Shown here piece by piece: positions 53,299-64,000 of a DNA stretch of 64,000 nt; the first letter of the stretch is position 1, and each line of letters starts with the position of its first letter. The stretch spans positions 114,950,001-115,014,000 of the forward strand of contig NW_024704743.1 in NCBI RefSeq assembly GCF_018977255.1. The letters run 5' to 3'. Made by a program: the position numbers and the translations under genes. This DNA comes from Callorhinchus milii. Its lineage: Eukaryota. The notes beneath the pieces were generated by a model that was not told where the DNA came from, did not search any database, and saw only the letters and a program-made list of their open reading frames with translations.

Positions 53299-56200
53299 AA
53301 CATTTTTTAAAATGCTGTCATTTTTGCACAACTGCCAACAACAATTTGCATTTATATCACGTCCTTTATGCAGGTCGCGTACCAGAGCGCTTATTTATAA
53401 GATTAGCAAGCATTTTGTATGTTTTTAAAAAACAATCTCATCTATATGTTTGATCATGTCAGTGTCATAATACAAGATCAAATAAACACTGCTGTAATAG
53501 TGATTTGTTCCCTTCAATGTGTTGGAAGATGGTAGACAACCATTGTAACAGTGTAAGGGCATAAATCATATGAGCAGTAAGTCAGGTTAGCACTGTAATT
53601 GAGAGGAAAATTATAAAACTCATTTGTTGTAAAACATGGAGAATAAACAAATCTCTTGTGAAATTAATGTCATTAATAGCTAGTGTCTATTAAGGCACAC
53701 TATGTCTCATTCTGCTTCAAGAAATTGTCTAGGGATTATCCAGTATGTTTTCAATTAGTAAATAATCCCAGATCAGTGCAATTTCACTTCATTTCCTTCA
53801 GAAAAAAAATCAACCGGGGTTATAGAACATGAAACATCATGAGTTCTAAATATTTTTACAAAGCTGAATGCTGATAAGCGGAAGTGGCCAAATTACCATG
53901 GTGATAACGGAAATTAATGATAAATGGCTTTTTTCACTGTTAGGCATAAAGGTGCCTAGGGTACTCAGAGGGAATATATTAATACACAGTAGTTTAAGGT
54001 GCTTGGGTAGATTTTCTGTTTGCTTTGGATTTTAAAACCATTGAACATGCACGTTAAATGATTGGCAGAGTCCCTCTGTGCTGAAGAGGTAACATTTGAT
54101 TAATTACAGTTGGACATTTCCTTTTTACCCAAATAAATTGCACTCACTATGCAGGAGAAATATGCTTTATGGGAAGGACATTCCTTAAACGTTCAATTAG
54201 AGCTCACTGATTATTTGCAAGGTTTTTAAAACTTTGTACAAGATTACTTTGAGGGTAAGTTTACAGATACCTTAATGTATGCTTTTGTAATGCTATGATT
54301 CATTCTTTGAAAGTAGTGCTACTTTAAGTTAATACCTACAGTTAATGTACCTCCTTGTCAAATGCTCATAAATCATATTCGAATTTATCTTAAGCCACAC
54401 ACATTCATTCCACTCTGAAAAATCGGACATTATTATACTAAATATAAGCAGAAATAATCTTCAAAGCAGTAAAATTATACTGACTGAACTGCATGAATTA
54501 CTAACTGGAATTACCCTTTGTTATGTCTTATTGAAAATATATCGGCAGCACATTTTGGTATGATATGACAAATAACGTGGGTGATAATTATCACATCTTC
54601 CTCCTCTCCTCCCCGCACCCCATCTCCCCTCATTGTGCTTGTTTCATATAGATGTGCCATTCTGATTATGCCATGGTATCAATGTGTTTGAATGCAAGAT
54701 TGATAAATCTGATGTAATAAATACAGACAACTCTTAAGAACCTATTCAATTGATTGCAAAGAACTATTAGCATAAAGAACAACAAATACCTGGAAGTAAT
54801 TACAAAACGGTAATCTTGTCAGGTGGTTCAGAGAATGAAGTTTATGTGTTCTACAACCATCATCTGAACCCTGAGATGAGGTTACATTAGTCTTTTAATC
54901 ACTTCCACATTACCATCAATTTTTATATATGCTGTACTATTGAGTTTCTGGAAGTGTTTTTATTCTACCTCTATTATATCTTTTCTCCAAGATTATCGCA
55001 TTGTAATTATCTTGTTTACTGGGAAATGACATTAATAGTTATGGTAGAACAGATACAATTAGTCATTCAATTCATGGCTATCTGTGGGACACTGTTGCGC
55101 ACAAATTGGCTGCTGTATTCGCCTTCAAAATACAGTTTATAAAAACTTTGAAGTGCTTTAGAGATGTTCTCCACATTATATCAAATGCCCAGATTATCAT
55201 TTTATATGAAGAAACTTGATCTAATGTCATGTAGAAGATTTTTCAAAACTTATCAGTGTAAAAAGGACAAATATAGGTGTTTTCTGGCGTTTAAAAAAAA
55301 GTTCAAACGTAAGTTTTGGGGGATTAGCAGTCATAAATGAAACTGGATATAATGTAATTTATATAAATTATATTATGTGCATATTTCTTTTGTACAAAGG
55401 GCTACGTATACACTTTTCAAAAACTAATCAGACAATTCTCAAGGCTTGGCCACGTACAGCAACATGGCAAGATAATAATTTTTCACTTAACAAAATATTT
55501 CATTGATTAGAGTTCACTTGTCCAACTTCCAACTTACTCCTTGCTTAGCATATGGTAGACGAAAGAGTTTTCCAATTTTCACAAGAACGTCTGGGGTAAA
55601 TAAATATTGTATCATTTCCTCTGATGGCTTCTTTATTTGTCTAGTACCTTGATTACCTTGTACAATCTCAATGGCACTACCTTTCTTAAGAAAGGAAATT
55701 AATTTGTATTTATACATGTGAAAGCACATATGCTATATAATCACAACCACCTGAACTCTATTCCCATTCACTTTTATTGCACTCACAATTTGAAATATTT
55801 CCAGGTTTTGGTTAATGAGGCATTTAAACAGGAAACAATGATAACTGGGAATTCAACAAAGTTGTACTCATTTCTGATGCAATGGTTGTTGCATGCAGAC
55901 GTCTCTCGAGATGCAAAGATGGAAAAAAAANGCGATGGATAATGTTTCGTTTTACTCAATAAGTTTAAAATTAAGGGTTGAAACGGTGGTTGGAATATTT
56001 TTTTCAACAATGCGTTTACATTTGAGTAGCCTGTTTCCTTATAGTGAAATGACCCTTAAGGTTGCTTTACAAACATTGTTTAACTATTAGAAAGCTGAAC
56101 GTGTAAATGGCAGTCTACCAATTATCCACATTGCATAACATACAACCTACAAAATACTGTACTTGTGTCAAAGAATGCCAAGTGTGGAAAGCACAGAAAG

Positions 56201-56721
56201 GTCTGAGCAGGTTTTAAAATCAAATGCTGATAATTCAGCTGAGTTAAAGCAATGGTCTCCACAGTCTTGCATTTAATCTTGAACGCCTAAATTCTTCTTA
56301 TGATCAATAAAATCTATTATTATTAATGTGGGAAAAAGAGTGTTTTGTTTCTTTTGTTGACACACTTAGCTCGAGGGAAACGTGCTTGGGAAGGGAATAT
56401 CAGCATTGAGTCAGCCTCTGGTTTCCTGAACCGAATGGGTCCACAGTTCTCTAAAGCACCGCTAGTGACAGGCCAGCCAGCCTGGCGCATCGGCAGGATC
56501 TGGGGGCAAATGTTATGTCTTAAAGACCCCCCAAAATGGAGCTTGAACCTACAACCTTCTGACTCAGGTGAGAGTGCTGCCAACTGACACAGACTGATAC
56601 TGGAATATTCCCAGATTTCTCTAATAAAATAACTCGTATTTATTCTCCCACCACCCCCCGCCATACACCCACCCAGGAAATCCTCCCCATTTGGTGGTAT
56701 TACTGAATATATATGTATTAT

Positions 56722-57181
56722 ATATGTAGTATTCTTGAATTAATATGAGCTTATTTTCAAATGAGTACGTGTTTTTGATATTACTATATATAATAATAAT
56801 AATAATAATCCTTGCATTTGATATAGCGCTTTTCACGTCGGGAGGACGTCCCAAAGCGCTTCACAGAACACACTGTAAAGTGAATTGACTGTATATTTGT
56901 GGGCGAACGCGGCAGCCAATTGCGCACAGCAATGTCCCACAAACAGTCGTAGATTGAAAATGACCAATTTAATTATTGTTTTTGGTTTTTTGGAGGGATT
57001 ATTATTAGGCTCTGTGTGGAGTAAGGAAACTTGCCCAAGGTTTCACCCTGCCTGGAATTGAACTCAGGTCTCTCACTTGCAAAGCGAGTGCTCTAACCAC
57101 TGAGCTACAGGACTCCACTACAGTAATATCAAAAACACTCATTTGAAAATAAGCACATATTAATTCAAGAATACTGCATAT
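56722..57181. repeat. ~60-bp inverted repeat arms (56722-56785 and 57122-57181) flanking a SINE
   Basis: Left arm atatgtagtattcttgaattaatatgagcttattttcaaatgagt(acgt)gtttttgatattact; right arm reverse-complemented atatgcagtattcttgaattaatatgtgcttattttcaaatgagtgtttttgatattact. Confidence 0.9.
56790..57116 (-). mobile_element. Full-length young tRNA-derived SINE
   Basis: Complete head to tail. Confidence 0.93.
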
Positions 57182-57394
57182 GTTTTACCATTAGAATACA
57201 ACTATTCTAAAGGTAAAAAAATCCCTTGAAAAAACATTTTCAAAAAAATAATAATTTGGTCACTCAATCCACGACTGTTTGTGGGACACCGCTGTGCGCA
57301 ATTGTCTGCCGTGATTCGCGTGATTCCCAAAATATCTGGTCACTACACTTTACTGTATATTCTGCGAAGCGCTTTGAGACGTCTCAGAGACATG

Positions 57395-57711
57395 ATAATA
57401 ATACTAATCCTTGCATTTGATATAGCGCTTTTCACGTCGGGAAGACGTCCCAAAGCGCTTCACAGAACACATTGTAAAGTGAATTGACTGTATATTTGTG
57501 GGCGAACGCGGCAGCCAATTGCGCACAGCAATGTCCACAAACAGTCGTGGATTGAAAATGACCAATTTATTATTGTTTTTGGTTTTGGAGGGATTATTAT
57601 TAGGCTCTGTGTGGAGTAAGGAAACTTGCCCAAGGTTTCGCCCTCTGCCTGGAATTGAACTCAGGTCTCTCACTTGCAAAGCGAGTGCTCTAACCACTGA
57701 ACTACAGGACT
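57395..57711 (-). mobile_element. Full-length young tRNA-derived SINE nested in an older + strand SINE (~57245-57745)
   Basis: Complete; the host SINE tail resumes at 57712 (tgatgccaaatgcacggattatt). Confidence 0.9.
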
Positions 57712-58161
57712 CTGATGCCAAATGCACGGATTATTATTTTATTTTAATACACCTCACACTGACTTGTTTCCAAGCCTTCAAAAACAAATAATAATAATAA
57801 TAATAATAATCCGCGCGTGTGATAATAGCGCCTCATTCGGGGTCTCTGAGACGTCTCAAATCGCGTCACGGAATATGTGGTATCCTGAAGCTCAGTGGTC
57901 AGAGCACTCGCCTCGCAAGAGACCTGGGATCGAATCCCGTCAGGGGGCGAAACCTTGGGCAAGTTTCCTCACTCCCACACGCCTGATAACAATCCCTCAA
58001 GAAAAAGAAACGAAACAATAATAAATTGGTCATTTCAATCCACGACTGTTTGTGGGACACTGCTGTGCGGAATTGGCTGCCGCGTTCGCCCACAAATACG
58101 CAGTCAATTCACTTTACAGTATATTCTGCGAAGCGCTTTGAGGCGCATAGAAGATGTGAAA

Positions 58162-58478
58162 AGAGTCCTGTAGCTCAGTGGTTAGAGCACTCGCTTTGCA
58201 AGTGAGAGACCTGAGTTCAATCCCAGGCAGAGGGCGAAACCTTGGGCAAGTTTCCTTACTCCACACAGAGCCTAATAATAATCCTCCAAAACCAAAAACA
58301 ATAATAAATTGGTCATTTTCAATCCACGACTGTTTGTGGGACATTGCTGTGTGCAATTGGCTGCCGCGTTCGCCCACAAATATACAGTCAATTCACTTTA
58401 CAGTGTGTTCTGTGAAGCGCTTTGGGACATCCTCCCGACGTGAAAAGCGCTATATCAAAGGCAAGGATTATTATTATT
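58162..58478 (+). mobile_element. Full-length young tRNA-derived SINE nested in an older + strand SINE (~57878-58512)
   Basis: Complete; the host tail resumes at 58479 (aaaagctgccgtatcaaacgcaaggattatt). Confidence 0.9.
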
Positions 58479-58753
58479 AAAAGCTGCCGTATCAAACGCA
58501 AGGATTATTTTTTATCGTGATTACACTGCAAAGTGAATTTCAATAGTAAGGTGAAACAGTTTGGGGGCACAGCGCTCTCCGGCACCACCTCCCCAGTGTG
58601 TTTCCAGTGGTGCCATGTGAACCACCTCTGGTCTCTTGGCTGCAGTCCCACTGGGGGGCTTCAGTGCGAAGGGCGGAACCAGAAATGTGCGGACCAGAGT
58701 GTCCGGGCGCTGGCGCCGACCCGGACCACAAAGCCGGTGGCACTGACAAGCCG

Positions 58754-58768
58754 GTTGCCCCTGGCAAC
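58754..58768. promoter_or_regulatory. RFX X-box in small CpG-rich putative PPP1R42 promoter (~58660-58813)
   Basis: Palindromic GTTGCC-CCT-GGCAAC matches GTNRCC(N0-3)RGYAAC; it lies in the only non-SINE CpG-rich patch between COPS5 and the PPP1R42 ATG exon. Confidence 0.75.
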
Positions 58769-58800
58769 CCCGACGGCGGCATTTAAAGAGCCAACCGCGA

Positions 58801-61800
58801 CACCCACCAGCAGGTAACATACACCCACCAGCAGGGAACATGCACCCACCAGCAGGTAACATACACCCACCAGCAGGGAACATACACCCACCAGCAGGGA
58901 ACATACACCCACCAGCAGGTAACATGCACCCACCAGCAGGTAACATACACCCACCAGCAGGGAACATGCACCCACCCACCAGCAGGGAACATGCACCCAC
59001 CAGCAGGTAACATACACCCACCAGCAGGTAACATACACCCACCAGCAGGGAACATACACCCACCAGCAGGTAACATACACCCACCAGCAGGGAACATACA
59101 CCCACCAGCAGGGAACATGCACCCACCCACCAGCAGGTAACATACACCCACCAGCAGGGAACATACACCCACCAGCAGGTAACATACACCCACCAGCGGG
59201 TAACATACACCCACCAGCAGGTAACATACACCCACCAGCAGGTAACATGCACCCACCAGCAGGGAACATACACCCACCAGCAGGGAACATACACCCACCA
59301 GCAGGGAACATGCACCCACCAGCAGGGAACATGCACCCACCAGCAGGTAACATACACCCACCAGCAGGTAACATACACCCACCAGCAGGTAACATACACC
59401 CACCAGCAGGGAACATGCACCCACCAGCAGGGAACATACACCCACCAGCAGGGAACATACACCCACCAGCAGGTAACATGCACCCACCCACCAGCAGGGA
59501 ACATGCACCCACCAGCAGGTAACATACACCCACCAGCAGGTAACATGCACCCACCAGCAGGTAACATGCACCCACCAGCAGGTAACATACACCCACCAGC
59601 AGGTAACATACACCCACCAGCAGGTAACATGCACCCACCAGCAGGTAACATGCACCCACCAGCAGGGAACATACACCCACCAGAAGGGAACATACACCCA
59701 CCAGCAGGTAACATACACCCACCAGCAGGTAACATACACCCACCAGCAGGTAACATACACCCACCAGCAGGGAACATTCACCCACCAGCAGGGAACATAC
59801 ACCCACCAGCAGGGAACATGCACCCACCAGCAGGGAACATGCACCCACCAGCAGGGAACATACACCCACCAGCAGGGAACATACACCCACCAGCGGGTAA
59901 CATGCACCCACCAGCAGGTAACATACACCCACCAGCAGGTAACATGCACCCACCAGCAGGGAACATACACCCACCAGCAGGGAACATACACCCACCAGCA
60001 GGTAACATACACCCACCAGCAGGTAACATACACCCACCAGCAGGTAACATGCACCCACCAGCAGGGAACATGCACCCACCAGCAGGGAACATGCACCCAC
60101 CAGCAGGTAACATGCACCCACCAGTAGGGAACATGCACCCACCAGCAGGTAACATACACCCACCAGCAGGGAACATACACCCACCAGCAGGGAACATACA
60201 CCCACCAGCAGGTAACATACACCCACCAGCAGGTAACATACACCCACCAGCAGGGAATATTCACCCACCAGCAGGTAACATACACCCACCAGCAGGGAAC
60301 ATGCACCCACCAGCAGGTAACATGCACCCACCAGCAGGTAACATGCACCCACCAGCAGGTAACATGCACCCACCCACCAGCAGGTAACATACACCCACCA
60401 GCAGGTAACATACACCCACCAGCGGGTAACATACACCCACCAGCAGGTAACATACACCCACCAGCAGGTAACATGCACCCACCAGCAGGGAACATACACC
60501 CACCAGCAGGGAACATACACCCACCAGCAGGGAACATGCACCCACCAGCAGGGAACATGCACCCACCAGCAGGTAACATACACCCACCAGCAGGTAACAT
60601 ACACCCACCAGCAGGTAACATACACCCACCAGCAGGGAACATGCACCCACCAGCAGGGAACATACACCCACCAGCAGGGAACATACACCCACCAGCAGGT
60701 AACATGCACCCACCAGCAGGGAACATGCACCCACCAGCGGGTAACATGCACCCACCCACCAGCAGGGAACATGCACCCACCAGCAGGTAACATACACCCA
60801 CCAGCAGGTAACATGCACCCACCAGCAGGTAACATGCACCCACCAGCAGGTAACATACACCCACCAGCAGGTAACATACACCCACCAGCAGGTAACATGC
60901 ACCCACCAGCAGGTAACATGCACCCACCAGCAGGGAACATACACCCACCAGAAGGGAACATACACCCACCAGCAGGTAACATACACCCACCAGCAGGTAA
61001 CATACACCCACCAGCAGGGAACATTCACCCACCAGCAGGGAACATACACCCACCAGCAGGGAACATGCACCCACCAGCAGGGAACATGCACCCACCAGCA
61101 GGGAACATACACCCACCAGCAGGGAACATACACCCACCAGCGGGTAACATGCACCCACCAGCAGGTAACATACACCCACCAGCAGGTAACATGCACCCAC
61201 CAGCAGGGAACATACACCCACCAGCAGGGAACATACACCCACCAGCAGGTAACATACACCCACCAGCAGGTAACATACACCCACCAGCAGGTAACATGCA
61301 CCCACCAGCAGGGAACATGCACCCACCAGCAGGGAACATGCACCCACCAGCAGGTAACATGCACCCACCAGTAGGGAACATGCACCCACCAGCAGGTAAC
61401 ATACACCCACCAGCAGGGAACATACACCCACCAGCAGGGAACATACACCCACCAGCAGGTAACATACACCCACCAGCAGGTAACATACACCCACCAGCAG
61501 GGAATATTCACCCACCAGCAGGTAACATACACCCACCAGCAGGGAACATGCACCCACCAGCAGGTAACATGCACCCACCAGCAGGTAACATGCACCCACC
61601 AGCAGGTAACATGCACCCACCAGCAGGGAACATGCACCCACCAGCAGGTAACATGCACCCACCAGCAGGTAACATGCACCCACCAGCAGGTAACATACAC
61701 CCACCAGCAGGGAACATACACCCACCAGCAGGGAACATACACCCACCAGCAGGGAACATACACCCACCAGCAGGTAACATACACCCACCAGCAGGTAACA

Positions 61801-61970
61801 TACACCCACCATCAGGGAACATACACCCACCAGCAGGGAACATACAACCACCAACAAGTAACATACACCCACCAACAGGTAACACACAACTACCAACAGG
61901 AAACATACAACCACATCAACCACCAACATGTAACATACAACCAGCAACAGGTAACATACAACCACCAATA
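58801..61970 (+). repeat. 21-bp minisatellite, ~150 units, degenerate right end
   Basis: Unit CACCCACCAGCAGG[T/G]AACAT[A/G]; a few 25-bp units with an extra CACC; decays after ~61810. Confidence 0.99.
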
Positions 61971-62439
61971 ACCTCCTCCAGATTGGTTACCAACATTTCC
62001 AGAATAATTGACCCGGAAGGAACCCATAAAATTAACAACTATTTACCCTGGATAGGTTTCAAGACATTTATCAATATTAAGATTTAGGCAGCGGTTAGAG
62101 CAACTCAGGCTTTACTTTTGTAGTTTAATATTGTGTGGGTAACATACCAATCATAATTGGACTGTTACATTAGTCATGCCTAGTTTCCATTATTCAATTG
62201 AATATCAGAATTTGATCCAACATAAAATACCAGTGTCTCTTTTATACCAGTGTCCCGCTTTGTTTCCATGTCCTGCCTTGGGCTCTACACTATCTTACCT
62301 GTCAAATGTTATAATCAAAAAACTTATGAATTTCATTTCTCAGTGTGAATGTTAGAACTGTAATTGCAAATTCTTATACTCGTCATAGTATATACCACAA
62401 TATAGATGTTTTCCTTTCTGTAGTGATATGTCAACGTTT

Positions 62440-62800
62440 GTCAGTTGAGAACATTCTCAATCTGAGTTAGAAGCTTATAGGTTCAAACCTAATGTTGGGA
62501 TTTTGAGCTCACAAACACTGCTGGAGGAGCACTGGAGCTGCTATCCTGGAGATGAGACGTTGAATCAAGATGGACGTTAAAGATCCCATGGCACTATTCG
62601 AAAAGTGAAGAGTTTTTCCCAGTGTCTTGGCCAACAAATCCCCAAAATAAAATTGTGCATTCAATTCTTGTCTGTTTGTAGGACGTGACTGTCTTCAAAT
62701 TGGCAGTTCCATTCACTTAGGCAGTCACTACACTTTGCAGTAAAATCCTGAGACGTCCTCCCTAAGTGAAATATCAAATGCAAGGATTATTATTGTTGTC
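62440..62800 (+). mobile_element. Old Deu-domain type SINE
   Basis: tcagttg...tctgagttagaag...ggttcaaacc head; gatgagacgttgaatc...gatggacgttaaagatcccatggcactattcgaa; L2-like tail. Confidence 0.7.
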
Positions 62801-63452
62801 ATTTAAAATTATAGCCTAGAATGTGAGAAATGAGCCTGAATCAACCTGAACGCAATGCTTTACTGTGGTTAGAAGTGAAGAACCGATTAAAAGGTAATTA
62901 TAGCTACTGTTGGTATGACTAAAATGTCAACTGGTTGATGAATTGACTGTGCAATAGGCTTTTGTAAATACTACACTGTACGTCTTTGATACAAAATAAT
63001 TTGTTAGGTTTGGCAATAAAAACAGAAGAAAAAGATTAAAGTAATTGAAAAATTTAAAAGTGGCTATTACACAGACATTTAATCAATTAGTTACATTGAC
63101 ATTTTAATCACTATTTGCAGTCGCTGTCAGAATCTGCTTCTACAATGATCATAAATAGTCCATACTTTTACTTCCAACCGCGTGAAAGAAAATTATTTTT
63201 CCGTTCATGTTTATTTCTGGCACAAATGGATTACATATTTATTTTATGAGCCAAAAGCCTTTTTTTTAAAAAAAGTCTTCAGTAAAAGTATATTTGTTGT
63301 CTTGTGTTTAATTTGACATGCATTTTCTTTTATTTCTTAAATTAGGTTTCACAAAATTCAGTTTGGCTCTCTTTTGGAAATATTCAAGATTTTAAAACTC
63401 AAATCAACAGTGTGAACTGGAATTGTTGCAACTTTGTTTTGGATTTCATTAA

Positions 63453-63617
<165 letters not shown>

Positions 63618-63859
63618 TGATTTAGAGATTCAATGTCAGATCTTTCAGTGCTTGATTATTGCTTGTGTTTCAAATTTATTCCAATTTCTTTACATTAATG
63701 TAAGTGCTTATAGCAATCTAAGGTTCTCAGACAGTAAGTCCAGTCACGATTGAGTTCAGGAGTCAAAATAGATAAAAGGTCTGATATGATATTGTTATGG
63801 CACAGATACCCTTCAGCAATTTTTGTAAGAATTAAGTAATACAGTACTTAAAATGGAGA

Positions 63860-64000
63860 GACATGCAGCATCCAATTGCGCGCAGCAGTGTCCCCCAGAC
63901 AATCGTGGAATGAGTGACTAAATTATTATTATTTTTGAAGGGATTATTACCACCGGAAAAGCAATCCACCTATCGACTAACAACCACGTTCCTACTTACT
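63860..64000 (-). mobile_element. tRNA-derived SINE body (runs off window)
   Basis: ccaattgcgcgcagcagtgtccc...atcgactaacaacc...gttcctacttact. Confidence 0.85.

Noticed and set aside
58801..61970. CRISPR-like array
   Set aside because: No unique spacers, no cas genes, vertebrate context.
58801..61970. CTCF site array (CCAGCAGGG)
   Set aside because: Only the first half of the motif matches; the GGCGC/GGCAG part is missing.
58521..62087. Very long ORFs (up to 1061 aa) on both strands
   Set aside because: They are translations of a 21-bp unit (7 codons) that lacks stops in most frames, and they shift frame at the 25-bp units. No evidence of a real protein gene.

Overview
Vertebrate genomic DNA, not prokaryotic. 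The repeat content (tRNA-headed SINE sharing an L2 tail, Deu-type SINEs, L2 and CR1 relics) suggests a cartilaginous fish, possibly a chimaera; this is inference. The window holds the conserved CSPP1-COPS5-PPP1R42 cluster. (1) The 5' part of CSPP1 on the minus strand: a putative non-coding exon 1 near 36.0 kb and 17 frame-consistent coding exons from 30365 down to 305, continuing off the left edge. (2) A complete 8-exon COPS5 (CSN5/JAB1) on the plus strand, 38006-51001, 336 aa, head-to-head with CSPP1. (3) The first coding exon of PPP1R42 at 63471-63602. Introns are dense with SINEs and L2/CR1 fragments, and one contains a degraded 28S rRNA fragment. The most unusual element is a ~3.1 kb 21-bp minisatellite (58801-~61970). 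It starts about 30 bp after a palindromic RFX X-box at the likely PPP1R42 promoter, and many of its units contain a 5' splice-donor sequence (CAG|GTAACA), as if the exon1/intron1 junction itself had been amplified ~150-fold. Most ORFs in the supplied track are repeat artefacts. Exon coordinates were derived by hand from splice sites and phase. Repeat boundaries are approximate. Homology calls are from memory, not from database searches.
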